IMG/VR virus record: IMGVR_UViG_3300010158_000036
Span: 1 to 64,000 of that record
Source: a virus
Strand: one strand, 5' to 3'
Length of the DNA: 64,000 bases
In this document: one piece after another, positions 1 through 9,059 of the stretch
Layout of the letters: every line of letters starts with the position of its first letter
Numbering within the stretch: position 1 is the first letter of the stretch
Translations under genes and position numbers: made by a program
The notes under the pieces: generated by a model
Seen by the model: the letters and a program-made list of their open reading frames with translations, nothing else
What the model was told of the DNA's origin: nothing
The model's database searches: none

Positions 1-658
1 TAACAGATGTCACATCCGGAAGAGATATGATATTCCGTAGAGCTCTGCACCCCTGGAACATATATAGCATATTAGTGAATACTCCAGTGGTCCCAATATT
101 AATCCGCTCCAGGTAATTGTAATAAACATATTGAGTTGATGTGCCAAACGCAATTGGAACACTACCGGCCAGATATGCTCCCTGCACATTCAGGTCCAAC
201 CAATTGACTCCCATACCCGCTACCAATCCTGACTTTGAGTGTTTTACATTGAAATTTATGGAAGTCAGATTTCCTGAACCGGGAGTGATTGTCACAATAC
301 ATTGACGCATGCCGTCAACTGTAAGAGTTGTCGAACTTGTAGAAGTATTTGTAATGCCCGAATATGAATAAAGATGTTCAGCCTGAACACCGGAGGCAAC
401 TCCTGTTGAGGATGTGCCATCACCCCAATTGACCGAATATGTTCCAGATGCCGTTGTGCAAGAGACTGCCACATAATTACCATCACCATTTTCAACTCCA
501 TACAGGGCAGACACCCCTTGTGCTGGAGCGGCGGGCAAAGTCATCCATTCTGCCGGTCTTGTCCACGGCACGGTTACCGGTGTAGGCCTTCCTGCAGCCG
601 ATGACATCCCAATCCGGCTAATAGGAGTTGTTCCCAAGAATAATGCTGACTGTGCCAT
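1..658 (-). CDS. Surface/tail adhesin with PKD-like domain and start of BspA/DUF285-type leucine-rich repeats (runs off the window edge)
   Basis: Not in the ORF track because it has no stop in the window. Manual translation from ATG 658 is open to base 1: MAQSALFLGTTPISRIG...WTRPAEWMTLP...YSVNWGDGTSS (PKD motif)...FTNMLYMFQGCRALRNIISLPDVTSV (BspA-like repeat). Confidence 0.75.
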   Translation of the reverse strand, partial: MAQSALFLGTTPISRIGMSSAAGRPTPVTVPWTRPAEWMTLPAAPAQGVSALYGVENGDGNYVAVSCTTASGTYSVNWGDGTSSTGVASGVQAEHLYSYSGITNTSTSSTTLTVDGMRQCIVTITPGSGNLTSINFNVKHSKSGLVAGMGVNWLDLNVQGAYLAGSVPIAFGTSTQYVYYNYLERINIGTTGVFTNMLYMFQGCRALRNIISLPDVTSV

Positions 659-659
659 A

Positions 660-1550
660 TTAGATTATGATGTAATTAGTACCGGTAGATTGAACGGTTA
701 TTGATGCTTTCGAGCCTGCGGCCAGTACCGCGGTAGTATTGCCGTCAATTGTTTCTGAGCCTGTGACGGTTACCGTTCCAGCTCCTGAGTTTTTAATGAC
801 GAAGATGTAGCCAGCCAATCCGATTGCAGATGGCAACGTTATTGTGCGAGTATTCGATGTTACATTAACACAATAATCCGAAGAGGTGATTGTATAGTCA
901 GCTGTCTTATTGACTATTTGAGCAATTGATGGTCCAACCGTCACAGCATCTGTGATTACGTACAGAGTGGAGGCCGATGGAGGCGATAACGCATTGTATG
1001 CGGCTTGAGTAATTGTGGATACCCGAGTAATTGCACTAGAGTTGATAATCGTATCCCATGACGTTCCATTGTAAACATTGAGATTGCTCTGATCGGTATT
1101 GTAAATTACTCCTCCAACTGTGCCGACGGGAGTTGTAGCAGTTGTGAAAGAACCTGGAGTAACTGTGCCGACTGATGTGAGATTGGTGAGCTTTAGGGAA
1201 CCTGAATAATCTCCAATAGATCCTGATCCAACTGCCAGTAATGATCCAGAAATGTGGCTAATTCCAGCCGTAGGAGAGCTGATAGATGATCCAAATGTAA
1301 TCTTTCCTGCAGTTGATGAAAAAGCTAGCCCCCAAGAAGGAGACAAATAAAGAGATACTCCAGATTTCACAATACCTGATAGCATGTCCCACGAGGCGTT
1401 CGATCCTCCAGTGATAGCTCCGTTGGCATTTATGGTTTGAGATGTTATCGACCCACTTACAGTCAACCCTCTCAATGTAGGATTATCCCTCCGACTATAC
1501 CGCGTCCGTCCCGGTTGTGCTCCTAATGCTGATGTAATGCCGCCCCTCAT
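660..1550 (-). CDS. Tail fibre-like protein
   Basis: G/S/T-rich 296 aa. Contains fibre motifs IYNTDQSNLNVYNGTSW and TITQAAYNALSPPSASTLYVIT, and a C-terminal NKTADYT...TITLPSA...IKNSGAGTVTV...ETIDG module. Confidence 0.75.
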   Translation of the reverse strand: MRGGITSALGAQPGRTRYSRRDNPTLRGLTVSGSITSQTINANGAITGGSNASWDMLSGIVKSGVSLYLSPSWGLAFSSTAGKITFGSSISSPTAGISHISGSLLAVGSGSIGDYSGSLKLTNLTSVGTVTPGSFTTATTPVGTVGGVIYNTDQSNLNVYNGTSWDTIINSSAITRVSTITQAAYNALSPPSASTLYVITDAVTVGPSIAQIVNKTADYTITSSDYCVNVTSNTRTITLPSAIGLAGYIFVIKNSGAGTVTVTGSETIDGNTTAVLAAGSKASITVQSTGTNYIII

Positions 1551-1554
1551 AATT

Positions 1555-2001
1555 TTATACAGTACAGCTATTCAACATGTCAGTGACTTGCTGAGTCATT
1601 AAGCCAGACACAGCGACAAACTTAGGAAGCGCCACAACTAGAAGTGGGTCATTCAATTCCAGAGAGTTGGCATCGTTCCAGTCGGCAAGGCGCGTAGGCA
1701 CAGTGCTTAGAAATGAATCCAGTAAGTCTTCATAGCCCAGGCTCCGGAGAGCTCGACGAACCTTGAGCTTGCTGATTCCAGTAGATGGTGCCGCAGCCGG
1801 AACTGCATTTGAATTGTCAGACGCAGCAAGCCTTGCTTCAAGATCTGTTATGGTGGCAAGCAAGGCTGCGTTCAGGGATGGACAGACGTCAGACAGATCC
1901 GAGAGACTCAGGGGTACTGGATGCCCTCCGAAGTCTGTGGCGGATGCGCCTCTCCAACTTCCGTCTTCATTGAATGTTATGATGATTCTTTCAGTGCTCA
2001 T
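1555..2001 (-). CDS. Tail-fibre-associated protein / assembly chaperone-like
   Basis: 148 aa between fibre genes. C-terminal ISKLKVRRAL...WNDANSLELNDPLL resembles a motif common in small fibre-associated proteins. Confidence 0.55.
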   Translation of the reverse strand: MSTERIIITFNEDGSWRGASATDFGGHPVPLSLSDLSDVCPSLNAALLATITDLEARLAASDNSNAVPAAAPSTGISKLKVRRALRSLGYEDLLDSFLSTVPTRLADWNDANSLELNDPLLVVALPKFVAVSGLMTQQVTDMLNSCTV

Positions 2002-2013
2002 ATATTTTACAAT

Positions 2014-3126
2014 TTAGAATTCTTCAATCATGGCAGTCACAGAAAGACTTCCGCTGTTCGCCGCAATGGTGGTAAGGTTTTCCACAAGCAGTTTCCAGCC
2101 GGGAGGCATATACAGAATGGTCTTACCCATCTGATCAATAGGAATCTGAGCAGACGATGTGGGATTCAAAAGATCGGTTGGAATAACGGCACCGGCAGGG
2201 TCACCCCCGGACTTCGTAAGAACGCTGATCTGATTGAGAACCGGAAATGGGGTAAACGTAAGAATACCAGGAGCCCCTGTTGTAGCCTTGCTCAGGGTAA
2301 GGGCCGTTGTGCTACCAATAGCAGAAATGTATGTGCCGGGGGCTACATTTGTTCCGCTTACGCCCATACCGATCGATAGCTGAGTTGCATCGCCAGCGGA
2401 GAATGCCAACACAGAGATTGCAGTTGTGCTTGTGCCTGTCGGAGCAGCTGAGGTTGTAACGATCGGCTGACCACGAGTAAACGTAAGAACTGAGCCAACA
2501 GCGCCTGACGTAGCCTGACTCAATGTAACTGCTGAAGAGCTTATCAAAGCAGCAATATATGTGCCAGAAACAACATTGGTTCCAGATACAAACATACCCA
2601 CTGCCAACTGAGTTGCATCGCCCTGAGCAAATGCAAGAGCAGTTAAGTTTGCTGTATTAAGAGCGGTTGCAGTAGTTGAAACAACCTGTGAGCCTCTGCC
2701 AAAAGTAAGAACAGATCCAATTGCACCTGTTGTTGCCTGACTTAGAGTTATTGCATTGTAACTTACAATTGCTGCAATAGTGGTTGAAGACGGAACATTT
2801 GTACCTGTCACTGTCATACCAACAGCCAATTGAGTTGCATCGCCGAGCGCGAAGGTGAGCCCTGTAACTGCCGTGGTGGAGGCCGCAGTTGCCGCGGTAG
2901 ATAGAATTGGAATACCACTCGGCTCAACTAAAGCAAAGGCAACTGTTGTAGTTGTTGCCGAATTATTGGTTGCAGACAAACTCTTGATGATTGCGCCATT
3001 GGGTCCCGCTGTATAAGCAGCGCCGGCAATGTTAAGAGTTTTTTGAATTGTACCATCGAGTGTATACCAGTTATTGGTAGCTACTCGCAGGTTCTGCGTC
3101 ATGGGGGCTTGGAATGTCATGGACAT
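2014..3126 (-). CDS. Virion structural protein with three internal ~75-aa beta-rich repeats
   Basis: Three copies of F(A/S)xGDATQL(A/S)(V/I)GMxV(T/S)GTNVxxxTxIxAxxSxxAxTLSxATxGA(I/V/P)GxxLTF. Confidence 0.7.
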   Translation of the reverse strand: MSMTFQAPMTQNLRVATNNWYTLDGTIQKTLNIAGAAYTAGPNGAIIKSLSATNNSATTTTVAFALVEPSGIPILSTAATAASTTAVTGLTFALGDATQLAVGMTVTGTNVPSSTTIAAIVSYNAITLSQATTGAIGSVLTFGRGSQVVSTTATALNTANLTALAFAQGDATQLAVGMFVSGTNVVSGTYIAALISSSAVTLSQATSGAVGSVLTFTRGQPIVTTSAAPTGTSTTAISVLAFSAGDATQLSIGMGVSGTNVAPGTYISAIGSTTALTLSKATTGAPGILTFTPFPVLNQISVLTKSGGDPAGAVIPTDLLNPTSSAQIPIDQMGKTILYMPPGWKLLVENLTTIAANSGSLSVTAMIEEF

Positions 3127-3178
3127 AATAGTTGTAATTTATTTGTTATAAGGTTATTTATACGATTGAGATTGATTG

Positions 3179-3628
3179 TCAATAGATTGATGCAAGTAAA
3201 GACATTGAGTTAAGACTACTATTTTCAATGCCTGAAGAATTTATGGTAGTTAAATTTAATGTTCCATCTGTCGCACCTTGAGCACCTGTACCGATACCAA
3301 ACACACCAGCAGAAATTCTTGATAAAGCTATATCCGCTGCAACAGAAGAATCACTTGTTGGTGCAATTCCTATTGTTCCTGTATTTTTAGTTCTAAAACT
3401 TAATGCTCCAACTCCTTGGGAGAAGATGCCCGGTCCAGTGACAAGTAATTGACAGTTATTATCTGTGTTTGAGATATTTAAAGAAGATCCGCCAAATCCA
3501 AATGTGCCAACACTACTTGTTGCATATTTTGATATAATTGTTAAACCTGCAATCACCGGTTTATCCCTCTTGCTATACCGAATCCGCCCCGGCTGCGCTC
3601 CCAATGCTGAAATCATTCCATTTTCCAT
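3179..3628 (-). CDS. Short tail-fibre-like protein; N-terminus paralogous to 660..1550
   Basis: Shares SALGAQPGRxRYSxRDxP with the 296-aa fibre. Fibre-type DIALSRISAGVFGIGTG motif. Confidence 0.6.
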   Translation of the reverse strand: MENGMISALGAQPGRIRYSKRDKPVIAGLTIISKYATSSVGTFGFGGSSLNISNTDNNCQLLVTGPGIFSQGVGALSFRTKNTGTIGIAPTSDSSVAADIALSRISAGVFGIGTGAQGATDGTLNLTTINSSGIENSSLNSMSLLASIY

Positions 3629-3631
3629 ATC

Positions 3632-6484
3632 TTAATATACTCTCCCTCTTGTTATGATATTTTGAATCGTAAGCATATCAGTATCTACATTTAGTACCAG
3701 AGTTTTTTGGGATGTACCCCCAGCAATACTAAATCCTGTTGCAGCACCTGAAAGATTCAAAGTATTGACCGAAGTAAATACAGCACCTCCTAATCCAGTG
3801 ATGGATGAAGTTGGAACATTGCTGCTGTTTACAGTTTCAAGTACTGCAGCAGAATCACCACTACTCGCTCCTGATTGTAACGACAATGGGCCAAGAGTAT
3901 CATTCGTTACAATTTCTGGAGTAACGCTATTAAGATAAGCCTGTTGCAATGTCGTTGTGGAAATGCCATTAACACCGCCTACATTTTCGCCGAACATTGA
4001 CGCGGGGGTGAATACGGCGTGGGTCGTATTATTTAAGGCCGTTGCCCCTTTTCTCACAGCCAAGATGCCAAGGAGGATTGCCGAGCCTGCCGCATTTGGG
4101 GCCTTGATAAAGGTCTCAGTCTGTTGTGCGGCAAGAGCTGTCGGTAAATCCTTGTATAACGCCTGACCATACTGGATATTCACAACTCCAGTGGCGTACA
4201 TGTAGATCCTCTGATTCGTAGATTGAGAGGAACTGCCGGGACAGGAAGTCACCGTTCCGCCCAGGTCGTAATTGGCCGGGTCAATTACAGATACGGACCC
4301 GGTGGTTCCTCCCAGCTGAGTTCTGTAGTAAAATGACCGGGGGGCGGCGGCCGATGCCGAAAACTTATTCGGAGTCTTGGGGTCCGTTGCCCAGTTAATC
4401 CCGAGGCCATACAGATCTCCTGCCGACGTGTTGAAGCTGAGGTTGGAGCCATTAGGCGAACACGTCACCCCATCATTGATGAGGGCTATCGACTGAAACA
4501 TGTCGCGCAAGGCCGACATTGGCGACACAACGTAGTCGGAAGTATTGTTGATCGTCAGGATCGTTGAGCGATTCGGGTGTGCGACCTTTCCTAGTAAAAT
4601 ATTGTCCCGCCTTTGAGTTGGGGTTGGATGCGCTGTCTGCTGGTATAGCACTCCCGACGAATTCAATAAAAAGTATGTGGCGTCAGCAGAGCCTAGGTAG
4701 GTGAGCGCCACGGCCGTCTGACCGGCATACGCAATGCTGGTGATCGTCGGGCTTGACGCACTTGCTCCCGTATTGTTTATGATCCAGCCCTTCGCGGCCG
4801 GTACATCCACCTTGTGTGTCGGATCGCCACTATTTGTCACGATTCCAGAAAAGGAGTAAACTCCGGTCGAGGCGATCTCTGCAAAGGTCTGCCAATCACT
4901 GGACGTCAGAGAGCCGGAGGCAGAGGCAGAGGCAGTACCCAAGGTCAAAACTTGATTCGTAAGTCCAAGCCCCGTTCCTGCCGTGACGCTTACGTCTCCG
5001 GTGTTTGTACCGCTGACCGAGGCATCAAGAGGTATCGTCAGGGTTTTTGACGCGGTGCCGCCCGAGACAGTAAACCCAGTGGCCAGTGAGGTTAGGGTCA
5101 GACTGTTGACGGTCGTCGGCTGAATGCTTCCGAGAGATGAGCCGCGAATCCAGTCAACCATGGCCTTGCGGCTTGGGTAATTGGTGGAGTTTGTTACATC
5201 TGCGGCGATCGCTGCAGACGTAAGGTCACGATTGGATATATTCTCCGGTATCCATGGAAACGCCCCTTCCAGAATCCCCCACTTGGCCGCATCCTGTCCG
5301 GGGGCGTCTGTCAGTGCCCGTATTGAGCTCCCGATCGAGTAGCCAGCGAGTGGGCCGGACAGGGCCACCGAAGAGATACGCCACAGGTCCCCTTTGGCAA
5401 TGGCTCCGGAGACTCCGGAGCCCGCCACGGGGAAGGCATTGGTGATCGATGCGTCATAATTCCCGAGATCCTGAACCAAGCCGACGACCAGGCCGTCGGC
5501 GTAGGACTGTGCAGCCGCCTGAGCTGAGGCTGCAGCCCCCGCCGGATCAAAGTCTGCGCTGGCATGACCGGCAGCCGTGCCAAGAGTTAATGGGATTGCC
5601 GGTCCGGTCAGTGCCCCGGACCCTGCAATAAATGAGGATGAAGCGGCAAAATCGGTGGAGGAGTGAGTCGCCGCCGTCCCTAGGCCAAGATTGACCCGTG
5701 CCGTGCCCGCAGTCGGAGTTAATTCCGAAAGATTATTGGCCTTTGCCAATCCTCCAAGTCCAATAAGTGTTATTGCGGACGCAGACCCAGCCGGATCGTA
5801 AGCTGCAGAGCTGGTATAGGCGGCAGACCCTAAAGTACCACCTGAACCTATATTTAACGTAGCACCATCAGAACCAGCAAGAGTTATACTATTAGATACT
5901 GTTAATACTTTTGAATTAATCGTGCCTCCAGAAATACTAAATCCAGTAACAAGGGGAGTCAATGTTAAACTATTAACACTCGAAAAATGGGCAGTTCCAA
6001 GATTTGATATACTCGATGTTATATTTCCTAATGAATCTTTTACATAAATTGATCCAATTATGGTTTGATTTCCAGTAAATGTATTATCTCTATTTAAACT
6101 CGGAGCATCAAAAATAGAACCAAACGAATCTATAGTATTATTTGCCGTTTTAAAATATAATTTACCATCAGCAGAATTTAAAGCCAGTTCTCCTTGAAGG
6201 ATATCTGATACTAAAGGAGCTTGTCCAGAAATAGAAGAATGCTTTGTAATAATTCTTGCTCCCGGTGTTCCAATGAAAGAACCTCCTTGAATTGTAGTAT
6301 TAGGATTATTTAAATTCGTAGTCGCTACAAACTTAAGTTCCGTTCCATTATAAACTAATACAGAACCATCATTTAATGTGGATAAATCTAAATCACTTAC
6401 CTCACCAAGACGAATACTACCCCTTGAATTTATTGTAGATAGAAAAGTCTGATTCGGTAAAATATATGATCGTATGTCCGACAT
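3632..6484 (-). CDS. Long mosaic tail fibre protein (950 aa)
   Basis: Fibre-junction motif KHSSISGQAP...LQGELALNSADGKLYFK, ANNLSEL...ARVNLGLGTAA and TTTLQQAY fibre motifs. Internal GC-rich segment. Confidence 0.8.
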   Translation of the reverse strand: MSDIRSYILPNQTFLSTINSRGSIRLGEVSDLDLSTLNDGSVLVYNGTELKFVATTNLNNPNTTIQGGSFIGTPGARIITKHSSISGQAPLVSDILQGELALNSADGKLYFKTANNTIDSFGSIFDAPSLNRDNTFTGNQTIIGSIYVKDSLGNITSSISNLGTAHFSSVNSLTLTPLVTGFSISGGTINSKVLTVSNSITLAGSDGATLNIGSGGTLGSAAYTSSAAYDPAGSASAITLIGLGGLAKANNLSELTPTAGTARVNLGLGTAATHSSTDFAASSSFIAGSGALTGPAIPLTLGTAAGHASADFDPAGAAASAQAAAQSYADGLVVGLVQDLGNYDASITNAFPVAGSGVSGAIAKGDLWRISSVALSGPLAGYSIGSSIRALTDAPGQDAAKWGILEGAFPWIPENISNRDLTSAAIAADVTNSTNYPSRKAMVDWIRGSSLGSIQPTTVNSLTLTSLATGFTVSGGTASKTLTIPLDASVSGTNTGDVSVTAGTGLGLTNQVLTLGTASASASGSLTSSDWQTFAEIASTGVYSFSGIVTNSGDPTHKVDVPAAKGWIINNTGASASSPTITSIAYAGQTAVALTYLGSADATYFLLNSSGVLYQQTAHPTPTQRRDNILLGKVAHPNRSTILTINNTSDYVVSPMSALRDMFQSIALINDGVTCSPNGSNLSFNTSAGDLYGLGINWATDPKTPNKFSASAAAPRSFYYRTQLGGTTGSVSVIDPANYDLGGTVTSCPGSSSQSTNQRIYMYATGVVNIQYGQALYKDLPTALAAQQTETFIKAPNAAGSAILLGILAVRKGATALNNTTHAVFTPASMFGENVGGVNGISTTTLQQAYLNSVTPEIVTNDTLGPLSLQSGASSGDSAAVLETVNSSNVPTSSITGLGGAVFTSVNTLNLSGAATGFSIAGGTSQKTLVLNVDTDMLTIQNIITRGRVY

Positions 6485-7125
6485 TAGATTTTAGTGTAAA
6501 TTAAATTATATACAGTTTGTGATATACCATCTTGAGCAGTAACAATAATAGGAATAGAATTAATTCCAGAAAGAAGTTTAATATCAGAACTAGAAAACAT
6601 ATTGATTACAGGCATACAATTGACTGATAATGTAGCAGTAGTATCTGTTACAAATGGAGTTATAGTAATTGAGGAAACTTTACTTGTAAATGTTGCAGTA
6701 TATGATAATACGTCTTTATTAAATTCGGGAGTAAAAGTTCCCTCACTTATTTGAAGATCACTTAATGATGATATATTAGATAATATAGTAACAGTTCTTG
6801 TTGAAGCCGCCGAAACCGTAACCTGTCCTTCAGAAATTCTCGTAACATCGTCATTAAGATTATATATTTCAACATCAAATACATAACGCCCAGGTTTAAG
6901 TGAACGAGTAATAGAAGCTGGTAAAGAAATATAGACTTGCCCTAAAGTAGGATTGTTGATACTTGTTACAAAATCAATTGCCTTTAATGATGAATATGAA
7001 CGTCTAATTTGACCACGTGATTGAAAACCCGTTAAATCTAGAGGCAATCCATTTGTATCATTTACAAGTATAGTAGATGAAAATGAAGATCCCTGATCAA
7101 TTGATATATCAGAATAATTGGCCAT
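6484..7125 (-). CDS. Virion protein: conserved T4-like IDQGSSF..DLTG..GQIRRSY domain plus C-terminal cadherin-like beta-sandwich
   Basis: N-terminal domain typical of T4-like environmental phage virion proteins. C-terminal LSDLQISEGTFTPEFNKDVLSY...VTAQDG is cadherin-like. Late promoter at 7133-7140. Confidence 0.7.
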   Translation of the reverse strand: MANYSDISIDQGSSFSSTILVNDTNGLPLDLTGFQSRGQIRRSYSSLKAIDFVTSINNPTLGQVYISLPASITRSLKPGRYVFDVEIYNLNDDVTRISEGQVTVSAASTRTVTILSNISSLSDLQISEGTFTPEFNKDVLSYTATFTSKVSSITITPFVTDTTATLSVNCMPVINMFSSSDIKLLSGINSIPIIVTAQDGISQTVYNLIYTKI

Positions 7126-7132
7126 CAGTCTT

Positions 7133-7140
7133 TATTTATA
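7133..7140 (-). promoter_or_regulatory. T4-type late promoter TATAAATA
   Basis: Exact TATAAATA 7 nt upstream of ATG 7125. Confidence 0.75.
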
Positions 7141-7141
7141 G

Positions 7142-7792
7142 TTATAAGATCGAGCCTTTTTCTTGAAATTTTGCGCGATCATCATCTGTAGGAGAATCAT
7201 GTCCAACATTAACTTGATAGTGTGGCTCATCGGGCATACTTTTCCATAAGGCTCCGCAGAGAAGACCACAACTTGCTGCATGTTTAGCACACTCTTGATG
7301 TACTTGGTGGGCTTTTGCTTGTTGTGCAGATGTTCCCCCATCCAGATAAATGTTTCCAGAAAATACTCCGGCATCAGCACTAGTCTTAAAATTATGGAAA
7401 CTATAACCACCAGGTGCATTGGTAACTCTAGGGCCGGGTGTTTTTCTTCCTTGATTAAATAGAGCATCCTGATCAGCCCAAGACCGATATCCACTAATAA
7501 ATCGATAGTCACAACCGAATGTAGCAGCTGTTGCCTTAGCAAGACTTAGAAATTTTCGGAACATTGGTTGAGCTTTGGGATCCAATGTCGCAAGAACAGC
7601 TTCACTTCTAGCATCAAATTGAATATTATTAGGATTAATCGAAGGTTTGATTGGAGTTGGAGTAACTGAATTTTCCACAGGGTGTTGTTGTAGTGCCGAT
7701 AATACAGCAGAGGCCGTCGCTAGTCCAAAAATTCCGTCACATTCAACAGCTACTTCCTTTTGGATTAGTTTAATAATATCTGAAATGTTCAT
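7142..7792 (-). CDS. Endolysin, peptidase M15 (L-Ala-D-Glu peptidase-like) with N-terminal peptidoglycan-binding segment
   Basis: GYRSWADQDALFNQGR, TNAPGGYSFHN...AD and DEPHYQ zinc motifs. N-terminal IQKEV...DGIFGLATASAV is PG-binding-like. Confidence 0.85.
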   Translation of the reverse strand: MNISDIIKLIQKEVAVECDGIFGLATASAVLSALQQHPVENSVTPTPIKPSINPNNIQFDARSEAVLATLDPKAQPMFRKFLSLAKATAATFGCDYRFISGYRSWADQDALFNQGRKTPGPRVTNAPGGYSFHNFKTSADAGVFSGNIYLDGGTSAQQAKAHQVHQECAKHAASCGLLCGALWKSMPDEPHYQVNVGHDSPTDDDRAKFQEKGSIL

Positions 7793-7821
7793 ATTTTATA
7801 TATTTTGAGTTTCTCTTAAAG

Positions 7822-8451
7822 TTATTTATAACATTGTCGATTTTTTACTGCATGAAAAATTCCTACTTGTTTTGTTGATATATCAATTTCATAACAAAAT
7901 ATGCTATTCTTTAGATCAGTTTTTGTAAATTCTTGAACATCAAATCCACAAAATTTAACACATGTAGGTAATCTCATTTCGGAAAATATATCACTATCGA
8001 ATATATGATCAAATTTTGATTCAGATATATTATCCAAACATTCTCTCGATATTGCAAGAAATCCTAAAGGTACACATCCAGTAGCATATTGATGTAATTC
8101 TTTCGGTAATCTATTTAGTTCTTGCCACCAACACCAGTCTTCGTTATCAATAGGATTTAAAACATGAACTGAATTTAATCCTGGAGATGTTTCTATTTTT
8201 TCAAGAGCATAATTACAATACACATCCCATTCCAAACAAAAGATTGTATTTGCGTTTGTTTTATACCCATCAGATTTCCACCAATTTCTAATTAATCTAT
8301 CTACATTTCTCCAATTCTCATTGGAATTATTAATATCTTCTTTACCACAAGAAATATGTTGAATAACATTGGGATTACTTAAAGTAAACTCCTTTCGATG
8401 AATCAAATTCTTAGATTCATCTGTCAACCACAAAACTTGTAAGTCATTCAT
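7822..8451 (-). CDS. Putative glycosyltransferase-like protein
   Basis: WRNVD, CLEWDVY (DxD-like), DWCWW, FSEMRLPT and C-terminal FHAVK resemble GT-A-fold/DUF3405-like proteins. Confidence 0.45.
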   Translation of the reverse strand: MNDLQVLWLTDESKNLIHRKEFTLSNPNVIQHISCGKEDINNSNENWRNVDRLIRNWWKSDGYKTNANTIFCLEWDVYCNYALEKIETSPGLNSVHVLNPIDNEDWCWWQELNRLPKELHQYATGCVPLGFLAISRECLDNISESKFDHIFDSDIFSEMRLPTCVKFCGFDVQEFTKTDLKNSIFCYEIDISTKQVGIFHAVKNRQCYK

Positions 8452-8795
8452 TAATCAAGTGTTATTGTGCCATCCGGATGAATAGTATGGGCTGGAATTG
8501 CTGCAATCTTAGCTGTCATTGCTGCAACAATATCATCACGTTTTCCGGAACATTGGGAAATAATAAATGTAGTCAAAGCAGCAGATGTATCAAAAAGTTC
8601 TGCCGCATCTGTACCAAGAGCTAATAATTTTTGCGCTGGTGTAATATCCCCTCGGGAAGACCATAAAGAATCGTAAGCAAAATTCCATTGATTTACAAGC
8701 AATTCCATCATTTGTCGTGGAGTAGCTTTAAGTTGATTGGTGATACGATTGATGAGCAATGAAGAATCTGGGACTGTTTGTGTTAGTAAACTCAT
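8451..8795 (-). CDS. Hypothetical late protein
   Basis: 114-aa ORF. TATAAATA at 8801-8808 lies 5 nt upstream. Its stop overlaps the next start. Confidence 0.7.
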   Translation of the reverse strand: MSLLTQTVPDSSLLINRITNQLKATPRQMMELLVNQWNFAYDSLWSSRGDITPAQKLLALGTDAAELFDTSAALTTFIISQCSGKRDDIVAAMTAKIAAIPAHTIHPDGTITLD

Positions 8796-8815
8796 AATTA
8801 TATTTATATTAAAAA

Positions 8816-8885
8816 TATTTTCTCATTTTGATCATTTTTTGCTTTACATCAATTTGAAAAACCGTTATAATTACTATAGAAAATA
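8816..8885 (+). promoter_or_regulatory. Strong sigma70-type promoter with no downstream ORF (twin of 60344-60412)
   Basis: TTTACA 8843-8848, 17-bp spacer, TATAAT 8866-8871. Flanks are nearly identical to the reverse complement of 60344-60412. Confidence 0.75.
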
Positions 8886-9059
8886 TTAAAAACTCAATAA
8901 AAATCTATTGAAAAATCTACCTAGACACCATGTGAAACATATATTAAAACCTTAATAAAAGGACCTGAAAATATCCCGAAGGGATAGCAGCAGGCTAATT
9001 ATTAATTGAAATTATAAAATCAATTAAAACTACTTGTTAATCTTTGGAAAATTGTATTA

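Noticed and set aside
292-501. 69-aa track ORF
   Set aside because: It is an alternate-frame overlap of the real edge-truncated gene at 1..658.
7132-7542. 136-aa ORF overlapping the endolysin (possible embedded Rz1)
   Set aside because: It has no lipobox or clear signal peptide and an alternative start codon. A better spanin candidate exists at 61.7-62.1 kb.
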